A stretch of DNA of 64,000 nt from a virus (taxonomy: Duplodnaviria; Caudoviricetes): positions 8,783 to 72,782 of IMG/VR virus record IMGVR_UViG_3300021124_000003. One strand, given 5' to 3'. Of the stretch, positions 55,077 through 63,906 are shown one piece after another (the stretch's first letter is position 1; the number at the start of each line of letters is the position of its first letter). Both the position numbers and the translations under genes were made by a program. The notes beneath the pieces were generated by a model that searched no databases, was not told the DNA's origin, and saw nothing but the letters and a program-made list of their open reading frames with translations.

Positions 55077-55112
55077 GTGTTCAGTATGTTTCACGTGAAA
55101 CATACTGAACAC
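55077..55112. promoter_or_regulatory. Perfect 36-bp palindrome containing consensus parS
   Basis: GTGTTCAGTA-TGTTTCACGTGAAACA-TACTGAACAC; core at 55087-55102. Confidence 0.75.
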
Positions 55113-55310
55113 GCGAGCAGCAGGCCCCTCCCTACCGATTGGTAGGGAGGGTTTGGCATGCCTTATGCCTTGCCACGATGCGCGAGAAGCCTGCTAGGTG
55201 GCAAGGATTCGATCTAGGGATGGGAGGCAGCCTGGGATAAGCGAGATCTTGCGGAATAGCCGTACATGTATGGCAATGACTATACGTTGCACTATGTGAC
55301 AAGGCATATA

Positions 55311-55931
55311 GCGTCACGTATGGCCACATAGTGCAACGCAAGGCAACATACGTCATCTAACCCGGTCATGCGGAGGTATATGCGGAGGTATATGCGTCCA
55401 TGCGAATGAACGCATAAAAGATCAAGCTGGCACGCTCTCCTCGAGGTGGGGCGTCACGTATGGCCAGGGATGGGAGCCAGGCCAGGGGGGGTAAGAAAGC
55501 TTCCAAAGTACGATTTATTCCCTTTGGATCTCGCACACTTACGATCGTAGCACGATTACGACGTAGACAAGCTAGGTGGCTGGCGGCATAGTCCTCTTAC
55601 CGCTACGGAGCGGGGCGGAGGAGCAGGTAGCCGAAGGGTGAGCCTGGCCAGGACATCCTCTGCGCCGCGCGCCGCTCGCATGTCGCGAGCTGCTCTGAAC
55701 GAGCACAGCCCCCGACCGGGGCACCCTAGTGGCCCTTTTAAGGCGACTAGGACAGGCGGGGTAGCCAAAAAAAAGCACCTCGCCTGTCCTAGTCCCTGCC
55801 CTACTACGCGATACAGGGACACGGCGTCACCCAAATCGGCGGAATCTCTTTAGATTCCGCTGGTTTGGATGCCTCCGTGTTACGGGAGCAGATTTGAGGA
55901 CGGTAGTGATCCACGTATTGTCACGTATGGC
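55311..55931. repeat. Dispersed GTCACGTATGGC repeats
   Basis: GCGTCACGTATGGCCA at 55311 and 55451; GTCACGTATGGC at 55920, shortly before the first early ORF. Confidence 0.8.
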
Positions 55932-55986
55932 AACGTAGGGTCACTCCAAACATACGTGTAGGTGAGTAACCTACAGGAGAACCAAC

Positions 55987-56748
55987 ATGGCAAAGCAAGC
56001 AAAGCAAGCAAAGCAAGCAAGCAAAGCAAAGCAAGCAAAGCAAGCAGAGGAGGCAAAGCAAGCAAAGCAAGAGGCACAAGGAGCAACAGCTCTTGTGCCT
56101 CTTGCTTTGACTGAACAAGCGGAAGAGGAACTATCCTCCGACGATCTAGTGGAGGAAGAGGATCCATGTCCGCCGACCGACGCCCAAGGGGAGGTGATCG
56201 CGCACGCGCCCGCGAGCCCCGCATACGTGCGAGACGCTACGGGCGCATACCCCGTGGCCGTAGCGCCGAATTTCGGTGGCACGGGCGCGACGAGGGAGGA
56301 ACGGCTCGAATACAACAAGCGAAACCAAGCTTGGCGAAAGGGGCTACCCTTTCCTATGTTGGTAAACCTCCGGATGGCTTCAGCCCTAGAAGCGCTGGCT
56401 TCAGTATCCGGTGACGTTACTGCGTCGCTTGGGGCGGGCGACGCATTCGCGGAGGGGTTTCGTGGCTGGTTGGCCGCTGGGCAGCGGCAAGCCAGCGACG
56501 CACTGTCGCTCCCTGATGCAAAGGTTCGGGCGACCACACGGGTCGCCCGCAAGGGCTTCGCTCCGATGGTAGGAGTGTGGTGCCGACTGAGTGTGACGGC
56601 CCTCGATCGGATCGAGGAGGAGACAGCGGACCGGCCGGCGGACGAGCGGCTGGAGATCGTAGCGGAGGACGGGAAGGCTAGGTTCCGTTGCCGCACTAAT
56701 ACCGGAAAGTTTCGGCGCGTATGGATCAAGGACATGATCGCAGCCTGA
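55987..56748 (+). CDS. Hypothetical protein with N-terminal AKQ repeats and acidic linker
   Basis: AGGAG RBS; GCAAAGCAA tandem repeats. Confidence 0.75.
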   Translation: MAKQAKQAKQASKAKQAKQAEEAKQAKQEAQGATALVPLALTEQAEEELSSDDLVEEEDPCPPTDAQGEVIAHAPASPAYVRDATGAYPVAVAPNFGGTGATREERLEYNKRNQAWRKGLPFPMLVNLRMASALEALASVSGDVTASLGAGDAFAEGFRGWLAAGQRQASDALSLPDAKVRATTRVARKGFAPMVGVWCRLSVTALDRIEEETADRPADERLEIVAEDGKARFRCRTNTGKFRRVWIKDMIAA

Positions 56749-56788
56749 GACTTCCTGATACTTCGTTCAGTGCGAGCCTAATCCGCTA

Positions 56789-56820
56789 CCGCTACCGTGA
56801 CAACAAGGTCACGGTAGCGG
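56789..56820. repeat. 13-bp intergenic inverted repeat
   Basis: CCGCTACCGTGAC-AACAAG-GTCACGGTAGCGG. Confidence 0.8.
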
Positions 56821-56857
56821 CTTAAACGTGCTCTGAACACTTACATTGGAGGATATT

Positions 56858-57037
56858 GTGGACGAAAACCAGATGCGAGACTACGCGGAGCGAAATGAAA
56901 CACTCCGTGGGATGGGGGAGGTCCTGGCGAGCGAGACACGGAGGGGAGCACGCTACCTCTCACGGCGCCAGCGAGAGGTGAGAGCGCGGGAATCGGAATC
57001 GGAATCGGAAGCGGAGGTGGATTTTGACCTCCTGTAA
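56858..57037 (+). CDS. Hypothetical protein
   Basis: GGAGG RBS before GTG. Confidence 0.6.
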   Translation: MDENQMRDYAERNETLRGMGEVLASETRRGARYLSRRQREVRARESESESEAEVDFDLL

Positions 57038-57065
57038 ACAGACGGCGGTTGAGGACTATCCGGCC

Positions 57066-57326
57066 ATGCCGAACCTTCCTACGACCGACATCGTGGAAGG
57101 TGGATGGTCCGCCGCATGGCGGACAAGGGCGGCGGTCTGGGCTCTCTGGTCCGACAGTGACCGGCGGGCAGGCAACCTCGCTGCCCGTGACATCGCGCTG
57201 GACGGGTGGGTCTCCTGCCTCCGTAACGCTAGGGAGGCTGAAGACCTTGAACGGGCGGCTTTGGCAGCGGATGAGGCTTTGGAAGCCTACCGCGCAAAGC
57301 ACGGGGGCGGCTTTGACGGCGGATGA
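57066..57326 (+). CDS. Hypothetical protein
   Basis: GAGG RBS. Confidence 0.55.
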   Translation: MPNLPTTDIVEGGWSAAWRTRAAVWALWSDSDRRAGNLAARDIALDGWVSCLRNAREAEDLERAALAADEALEAYRAKHGGGFDGG

Positions 57327-57509
57327 GGCTTTGGAAGCTGCCGCCGCCGCTCTGCTCCTGGTAGTTGGGGCCTGGGGGGCGTGGCTCATGCTCTCCCTAC
57401 CGTTCGGGCACTAGGGGATAGGACGGATCCACGGAGCGAAGCTGGGAACGGTTTCGCTCCGTGAGTCTTTGCTGTAACCTACGGTAAACACTAGATAAAG
57501 AGGATAGCT

Positions 57510-57695
57510 ATGAGAAAAGGTCATGCACGGCGAGTCCGCGACCAGTACGATTTCACCGTGGTTTCGAGCCCGAGCGGCCCCCGGTCCGAAACCTATCGAC
57601 TGGACGCGGAGCTTCGCCGCAAGCCGGTTAAGACCGGGAGACATCCCAAGATCAAGGAGGATAGCAACTACCGCGCGAGCGGTCCTACTCCCTGA
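57510..57695 (+). CDS. Small basic hypothetical protein
   Basis: AGAGG RBS. Confidence 0.55.
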   Translation: MRKGHARRVRDQYDFTVVSSPSGPRSETYRLDAELRRKPVKTGRHPKIKEDSNYRASGPTP

Positions 57696-57777
57696 ACGGT
57701 AGCAGCTGAACGTAGAGGGACCGACCTGTCGGCGTAGGTCGGTCCCTCCGGTTTGTCTGCAACCAACGGAGGAAGAT

Positions 57778-58047
57778 ATGATCGAAAAAGAAGAGATTCG
57801 CGGGAAAGCTCGTAAAATCATGCCGGAGTTCTATGACGACGCTCTTGGCGTTAAGCCGATCTCCGCTAGGAGGGTCCACGTCGACCGTCAGGGATACGTG
57901 GACCGAGGTCGACGGTACTTTGGCACGGGCGCTCCGCTTTACCGCGTCGAGTGCTCAGAAGGCGAGATCGTTTGGGTTCGCGCCGAGAGTGCGAAAGAAG
58001 CGAAGATGGAGGCGGAGCGCCGCCCTTACTATTGGGGAGTCGAATGA
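57778..58047 (+). CDS. Hypothetical protein
   Basis: GGAGG RBS; recurring small phage early-protein style. Confidence 0.7.
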   Translation: MIEKEEIRGKARKIMPEFYDDALGVKPISARRVHVDRQGYVDRGRRYFGTGAPLYRVECSEGEIVWVRAESAKEAKMEAERRPYYWGVE

Positions 58048-58253
58048 ATTCCTTCGTAAAGGGAGATCCGGTTCAAGTCTACTCCGTATGGGCCAGTAAT
58101 GGCCCGGTCAAGCCTCCTAGCGCGGCTTGGTTCAGCGGGTTCGAGTTTGAGCGGTGCGACGGTGGCACGATCCTTGTCCGCGAGGTCCGTGACGGGCTGT
58201 TTCACGGGTTGCTCATCCGATACCCTGAGCACTGTGTCCGAGCGTTCCAGTAG
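58044..58253 (+). CDS. Hypothetical protein
   Basis: ATGA coupling. Confidence 0.6.
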   Translation: MNSFVKGDPVQVYSVWASNGPVKPPSAAWFSGFEFERCDGGTILVREVRDGLFHGLLIRYPEHCVRAFQ

Positions 58254-58330
58254 AGACGATCGGAAGGAACCTGGGAACGGGTTCCTTCCGGCGGTCTACG
58301 CTGCAACACAACGGGATGAAAGGATATTTT

Positions 58331-59077
58331 ATGATGATTCGCGAGACACGGGATCGGTTGGTTCTGAGCACCAACCCTCTGGTGCGAGACCGTGCGATGT
58401 ACTTGCACACCCCACCTAAGCTTCGACGTGGGCCAAACCCGCCGACCGTCGAAACAAGCTTCACAATGGCAACTCTGGAGGTTGCCCGTCACCGGCTCGC
58501 TTTCGGATGCTCCGGTGATCGGGCAGCGTACACTCTCCGGTTTCAAACCGGATCCGACAAGGTGAGGAACCGCGCTAAGCGCGTTATGCCAGAGTTTTAC
58601 CCTGGCGAGACCCACGCCACGGAGCAGAAGACCGATACGTGTGAGAACCCGTCGGTTGTCTTGCTCACGGGAGAGCACGACAGCGGGTCAAGCCGTTGGC
58701 GCCGTGCGAGAGGGTTCTGTTTCTGGTTCGGCGCTTGCTCAACGATAGAGGTCATCTGCTATGGCCGATCATTCGAGGACGCGGCAGAGTGGGCGTTCGG
58801 GTACGTTGCGGAGCAATTCCCTGGTCTGGTCGTCTCGGATGAGCAAATGGATGAGTACCGCTCCGATGCTCGCGAAGAGCTTGGGTTTCCTGCTGAGGGA
58901 GACCTGACCGACGAGCAAAACGAGCAGGTTTGGGAGCTTTCTAAGCAAGACCTGATGTCTTTTGACGGCTGCGTCTGGGTCCCCTCCCAGGAGTGGACCG
59001 GTGCAGAGATCAACCGAGACGAAATCAAGTCCAAGATCCAGAAAGCGCGTGAAGATGGGTCTTTTAGGAGGGTGTGA
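58331..59077 (+). CDS. Hypothetical protein with acidic C-terminal domain
   Basis: AAGGA RBS. Confidence 0.7.
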   Translation: MMIRETRDRLVLSTNPLVRDRAMYLHTPPKLRRGPNPPTVETSFTMATLEVARHRLAFGCSGDRAAYTLRFQTGSDKVRNRAKRVMPEFYPGETHATEQKTDTCENPSVVLLTGEHDSGSSRWRRARGFCFWFGACSTIEVICYGRSFEDAAEWAFGYVAEQFPGLVVSDEQMDEYRSDAREELGFPAEGDLTDEQNEQVWELSKQDLMSFDGCVWVPSQEWTGAEINRDEIKSKIQKAREDGSFRRV

Positions 59078-59304
59078 TGATAACCCACGGCGACGTTGCG
59101 CTCCTTAAGCTTGCGTTGGCTGCGTCGGCTGTCAGCCGTGAGCTAACGCTCATGATCGCAACGGTCACTCGCGACTGCAAGACCGACTTCGACTTTAGGG
59201 CGGAGTACGGCCGTTGGAAAAGGAGGGAGGAGGCCCTCGATCAAATGGTTTACCTCGCAAAGCTGTATCAGCTCTACTCGGGCAAGTTACACGCAATCAA
59301 GTAG
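59074..59304 (+). CDS. Hypothetical protein
   Basis: GGAGG RBS, coupled. Confidence 0.6.
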   Translation: MMITHGDVALLKLALAASAVSRELTLMIATVTRDCKTDFDFRAEYGRWKRREEALDQMVYLAKLYQLYSGKLHAIK

Positions 59305-59402
59305 ACACGGTTGGCGAGGCTACGGTCTCGCCTTTCGTGCTTTGGGGTGTTTGACCTCTTGACCAGACCACCCCAAAGCACGGCGACACAAACCAACGGG
59401 AG

Positions 59403-59672
59403 ATGAACATGCAAGCAATCGTTACCAAATTCGTTTGCCCAACAGACAAAAACCCTAACCCAATGATTTCTGCCCGGGCGCAAGCCGGTCGAGTCGTGGT
59501 CGATTGGGACCACACTACTGGTCCTGATCTTAACCACAAGCAAGCGGCGGTTGCTCTCTGCAAGAAGTTCGGTTGGGTTGGGACATTGGTCCGAGGTGCT
59601 CTCCCGAGTGGGGAGCAAGTCTTCGTCTTTCAGCCCAACGGTGACGCCGGTCTAACTGTGGAGGTGAAGTGA
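59403..59672 (+). CDS. Hypothetical protein
   Basis: MQAIVTKFVCPT...ISARAQAG...W pattern seen in phage early genes. Confidence 0.7.
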   Translation: MNMQAIVTKFVCPTDKNPNPMISARAQAGRVVVDWDHTTGPDLNHKQAAVALCKKFGWVGTLVRGALPSGEQVFVFQPNGDAGLTVEVK

Positions 59673-59968
59673 TGGACGCTTACGTCTACTGCGCAGACCT
59701 CTATTGCGAGGAATGCGCGAGCTTCATCCGAGCTAGCGTGGGTCGACTCAACGACACGGGAGATTCTGAGGACTACCCACAAGGTCCGTACGAGGACGGC
59801 GGAGGGGAGTCGGACTCCCCGCAGCACTGCTATGAGTGCGGGTAGTTCCTAGAGAACCCTTTGACGGAAGTCGGGGTCCAGTACGTGCGTGACCAAGCAG
59901 CAAAACCCAAACTTGACAGAAACCACATTATCGCGATGTGGGCTGACTTCTACGAGCTGACGCCGTAG
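59672..59968 (+). pseudogene. 98-codon Cys-containing phage gene with in-frame TAG
   Basis: MDAYVYCADLYCEEC...GGGESDSPQHCYECG*FLENPLT...WADFYELTP; TAG at 59843-59845. Confidence 0.7.
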
Positions 59969-60135
59969 CGCTGTTTCAGGCGCCGAACGGGGCGTAAGCC
60001 CTGGGCTCGCGAGAAGCACGACACAAGGCAACGTCGCGCGGGCAAGGTGGCACCTAGGGTGCCGCCCTGGCCAGGGCTTACGAACGGATAGGCCGTTCGC
60101 AGGTCCTGTCGAGGGTTTCAACAACGGGAGGCACC

Positions 60136-60408
60136 ATGACCGGAGCAGAGATTGCCGCGAAGCGTATTCGTGGCGAGCGTAACAAGATCGTGCACATACT
60201 GAACATCATGCGTGAGGCGTGGGGGGAACCCCGGGAGCCGGGAGCCGGAAAAGCCAAGTCTCATGAGGCACTTAGCCTCATGGACGATGCGGTCGAAGCT
60301 CTTACGCGAGCTGCGAACCTCACGACGGCGCTCCCGGTTCGAGTAGGGAGGGTCGAGTGGGACAAGGCTGTGCGCAAGATGTGTGTAAACCGCCGAGGTC
60401 CGCGATGA
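60136..60408 (+). CDS. Hypothetical protein
   Basis: GGAGG RBS. Confidence 0.65.
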   Translation: MTGAEIAAKRIRGERNKIVHILNIMREAWGEPREPGAGKAKSHEALSLMDDAVEALTRAANLTTALPVRVGRVEWDKAVRKMCVNRRGPR

Positions 60409-60785
60409 AAGCGGGGTTCTTGCCCGGAGTGGTCGTGCATGCCGCGGAGGCGCACTCAACCTGGCCTTGGTATCGTCTGTTGAGCATCGAGCGTGACGCG
60501 ATCGGTCGGGGCCGATGGACCATGGTCGGGACCGATGGAGTCCTGGTTACGGCACACGAGGATGACCTTACGCTCGCTGATGGTGTGTACCTTCTCAGCG
60601 ATGCTGGACCGGACGTGCTGGAGTTCGTTGAGCAGGAGTATAAGGCAGGCAGGTTCGCCAGTGCGTGCGATCGGTTCGCCAACGTTCTTTTCTTTGGGCG
60701 GTTCAGCCCAGGGACCATGACTGCAACCTACGCATGGGGGAGCAAGAGCGCTTCCAAATGCGTGTTCAAGTTCCCGGTGCCGTGA
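60405..60785 (+). CDS. Hypothetical protein
   Basis: ATGA coupling. Confidence 0.6.
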   Translation: MKAGFLPGVVVHAAEAHSTWPWYRLLSIERDAIGRGRWTMVGTDGVLVTAHEDDLTLADGVYLLSDAGPDVLEFVEQEYKAGRFASACDRFANVLFFGRFSPGTMTATYAWGSKSASKCVFKFPVP

Positions 60786-61102
60786 TGAAGTTCGATTCAA
60801 CGGAGACGTTGCTGAGGACCTTAGCTGGGGCTCGCGGGAAGAGCGTTCCGATCACGTTTGATGGGCAAAACCTAGAACCACGGCTAGTGGGTGAGCCGGC
60901 TCGGTACGAAACACCCAGCGGCAAACCCGTTTACTACCCGAATGCCTACCGCAAGGCATTCGGTCGACCCATCCGAATCGCAAGCACCTACCGCGTTGTA
61001 GTAGGACTTGGTTGGTTGCAAAAAGCGCTCCCATCCGGGGTTGTGTGCCCATCGCGGGTTCCCGATTTGTGCAGGCTTCTAGCAAGGAGCATTGGGCTAT
61101 GA
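60785..61102 (+). CDS. Hypothetical protein
   Basis: TGATG coupling. Confidence 0.6.
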   Translation: MKFDSTETLLRTLAGARGKSVPITFDGQNLEPRLVGEPARYETPSGKPVYYPNAYRKAFGRPIRIASTYRVVVGLGWLQKALPSGVVCPSRVPDLCRLLARSIGL

Positions 61103-61299
61103 GCGACCTACCTGAGTTTGATGACAATGGGGATGAAATCGATCTACAAAAGAGAGCGAAGGAGGAGCAAGCCCGGCTAGACGACGAGTGGGACCGGGAG
61201 CACAAATGGGATGCCTACTTCGCTTCATGCGAGAAGCGAGGGAAGAATCATCCGATCACTGAGTCGATACGGATGTGTGTGAGACTCGCTTACGACTGA
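61099..61299 (+). CDS. Acidic hypothetical protein
   Basis: AGGAG RBS. Confidence 0.6.
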   Translation: MSDLPEFDDNGDEIDLQKRAKEEQARLDDEWDREHKWDAYFASCEKRGKNHPITESIRMCVRLAYD

Positions 61300-61416
61300 T
61301 TCGCCCGCTCCCGTCATAAGACGGGGGTGAGCGTGTGCCGCGATCACGGTCGCGTTGCACGCTTGCCTCGAAACACGGGCCAGCTACACAAGCACAACCA
61401 ACGGGAGATCAAATCT

Positions 61417-62556
61417 ATGTCATGCCTGAACCTGCTAAAACCAATCTGCTTCTGCCCAACTGCGGACGGTTGGGGGCTGCCTGCGGCGTTCGTCGGTGAG
61501 CCAGGTACAGCGAAGACCTCGATCATCAAGGCATTCGCGGCGTCGTTCAAGGGCGCATTCGAGTGCTTGGTCCCGAGCGAGCGGGGCGCGGGAGCGTTCG
61601 GTGTCGTCCCTGTCCCTGTTGGGGGTTACCTCACCTACCCATCGCCGGACTGGTCGAAGAAGTTCGAGGTGGAGCACCCTGGAATGGTGTTCATCGATGA
61701 GATGAACACGAACGACCAGGAGATCCAGCGCGCTATCATGGGGCTGACTTTGGGACGGCGCATTGGGGGAAAGACCCTCGGCGGACACGTTCGCATCCTC
61801 TGCGCGATGAATCCACCAGAGCATAGTGGTGGGGCAGACCTTAACCCTGCGGCCTGCAACCGACTAGGTTGGTTCAAGTGGGCGCCACAGCCCCGGGAGG
61901 ACTGGTCAAACTTCATGTCCAGCGGGACGGGCGTCACGATGGAGCCGTTTGACCCTAGGGCGGAGGAAGCAATGGTCTTGGCAGCTTGGGGTCCGGCCTA
62001 CGCGAAGGCGCTCGGAGTCTGCGATGGCTTTCTCAAGGCGCGACCCAGCTACAAGAACCAAATGCTCCCGTTGGGGCAAAGCGGGCCGTGGCCAAGCGAT
62101 AGGTCGTGGTCGTACGCTGTGCGCGCAAGAGCCATCTCGGCTGTGTACGGTCTCGGTGAGATCGACACGGACACGATGACCGGCGCGTTTGTTGGGGACA
62201 AGGTGAACGGTGAGCTGCGCGTGTTTGAGCACAGTCTCGACCTACCCGACGCGGCTGCTGTGCTGGATGGAAACGCCCCGTGGGAGCACCGAAAGGAGCG
62301 TATCGACCGAACAGTGGCGTTCTTTACGGAATGCACTACTTTGGTCACAGCGCCCGGATCGCACAAGCGCAAGGAACGTTCGGTCGCACTGTGGAACCTA
62401 CTCGCGCAGCACATCGATCTCAAGAGCGCCCGCGACCTAGCCGTTGGACCAGCCATGGCCATGAGCGCTGCAAAGCTGGATGGTGATAGGGCGTGTTTGG
62501 TCGCGCTGGCGAAGCTCAGGCCACTCATGGACGCCGTGGGCTCTAGTAAGAAGTAG
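61417..62556 (+). CDS. MoxR-like AAA+ ATPase
   Basis: Walker A GEPGTAKTS, Walker B VFIDE, CAMNPP sensor, AACNR arginine finger. Confidence 0.9.
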   Translation: MSCLNLLKPICFCPTADGWGLPAAFVGEPGTAKTSIIKAFAASFKGAFECLVPSERGAGAFGVVPVPVGGYLTYPSPDWSKKFEVEHPGMVFIDEMNTNDQEIQRAIMGLTLGRRIGGKTLGGHVRILCAMNPPEHSGGADLNPAACNRLGWFKWAPQPREDWSNFMSSGTGVTMEPFDPRAEEAMVLAAWGPAYAKALGVCDGFLKARPSYKNQMLPLGQSGPWPSDRSWSYAVRARAISAVYGLGEIDTDTMTGAFVGDKVNGELRVFEHSLDLPDAAAVLDGNAPWEHRKERIDRTVAFFTECTTLVTAPGSHKRKERSVALWNLLAQHIDLKSARDLAVGPAMAMSAAKLDGDRACLVALAKLRPLMDAVGSSKK

Positions 62557-62704
62557 ATCCGCCTCGTCTCACGTCCAAACTTGGACGTGGGTCGAGGAGA
62601 GGGGACTCGTTCCGACGATCTTAGAGATGGTTCATCCCCGTGGCCATCTCGTCGCCGTTGTGTACAAGTCCCCTCCCCTCGGCCACACAACGAACGGAGG
62701 ATTT

Positions 62705-63898
62705 ATGGCATTCGACTACGATGTGATCTTGGACGCTGGGAGACGTATTGCGTCGATCAAGGCGCCGTACATGAGCAGGCTAATGTTTACCCTCACCGTG
62801 CGTGAGCAGCCTGGGCTTGGCACTACAGCAGTCAACAAGTTCGGTGTCATGTACATCGATCCCGACCATATCGCCACGTTGACACCATCCCAGATGGCGT
62901 GGGGTTGGGGGCATGAAGTGCTCCACGTCTATCTTGGGCATACCAAGTATTGGACCGACGCGACGATCGATCACAAACGAATGAACATCGCGATGGACCT
63001 GGCCATCTTTTGCATGCTGAGGGACATGGGGTTCAAGGACCCGTACGTGGGCGTGTACACACCGGAGATGTTCAAGTTCCCCACCGATCTAAGCGCGGTT
63101 GAATACTACGCGCTGTTGGAGGGAAAGACTGAGGACCGCCCCGGTGATGGGATGGGTCGAGGCAAATGCGGATCGTGCGCAGGCAATGGTGACGAGCCGC
63201 AAGACGGCGAAGACCCTGCGGCGCGCAGTGAGGCGGAGATTGACCGAGCACGTAAGATCGTTGCTGAGGAAACCATTGCGCATCAGAGTAGCGGTCGTGG
63301 AACAGTCCCCGGCTCACTTCTTCGCATTGCTGGTGAGTACACCAAACCGGCCAAGATCAGGTGGCAGGACAAACTGAGCGCTGTTACACGTAAATCGATC
63401 GCTACTCGTAAGGGGTACGACCACACTACGTTTGTACGGCCTCACCGTATGCAATCGGGGGTTGGGTATGGGATGGGATGCCCGATCTTCTCAACTTCTT
63501 ACTCAAAGACTCCAAGCGTTGGTGTTCTGATCGACACGAGCGGGTCGATGGGTACGGAGCAGTTTGGGACGGCATTGCAGGAGATAGGAGGCATCCTACG
63601 CTCGACAGGCGCCAAAATCACAGTGATGTCGTGTGACGCGCATGTTCACGCCGTCGGGCATGTCGGCAAGGTCCACGAAGTCATCCCGCTGCTTCAAGGC
63701 GGGGGTGGGTCCGACTTCAACCCGGCGTTTGATCAGCTTGAACAGATGCGCAACAGACCTGATGTTTTGATTGTGTTTACGGACGGTTACATCGGTACAC
63801 CTGACGTCGCGCCCGACTGGGCAAAGGTCGTGTGGGTCCTTGTTGGGGGTTGCTCGCGAGCACCCGCGGCATGGGGTGAGTCGATTGTGATCGACTGA
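62705..63898 (+). CDS. Metallopeptidase-like plus vWA domain protein (DUF2201-type)
   Basis: HEVLH zinc motif; IDTSGS MIDAS; GGGSDF; VFTDG. Confidence 0.9.
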   Translation: MAFDYDVILDAGRRIASIKAPYMSRLMFTLTVREQPGLGTTAVNKFGVMYIDPDHIATLTPSQMAWGWGHEVLHVYLGHTKYWTDATIDHKRMNIAMDLAIFCMLRDMGFKDPYVGVYTPEMFKFPTDLSAVEYYALLEGKTEDRPGDGMGRGKCGSCAGNGDEPQDGEDPAARSEAEIDRARKIVAEETIAHQSSGRGTVPGSLLRIAGEYTKPAKIRWQDKLSAVTRKSIATRKGYDHTTFVRPHRMQSGVGYGMGCPIFSTSYSKTPSVGVLIDTSGSMGTEQFGTALQEIGGILRSTGAKITVMSCDAHVHAVGHVGKVHEVIPLLQGGGGSDFNPAFDQLEQMRNRPDVLIVFTDGYIGTPDVAPDWAKVVWVLVGGCSRAPAAWGESIVID

Positions 63899-63906
63899 GG
63901 CGTACT

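Noticed and set aside
54794-55931. CRISPR array
   Set aside because: Repeats occur only 2-3 times with irregular spacing and no cas genes.
52498-59845. Stop-codon reassignment or selenocysteine suggested by in-frame TGA and TAG
   Set aside because: TGA and TAG end many coupled genes here, the two cases use different codons, and no suppressor tRNA or SECIS is evident.
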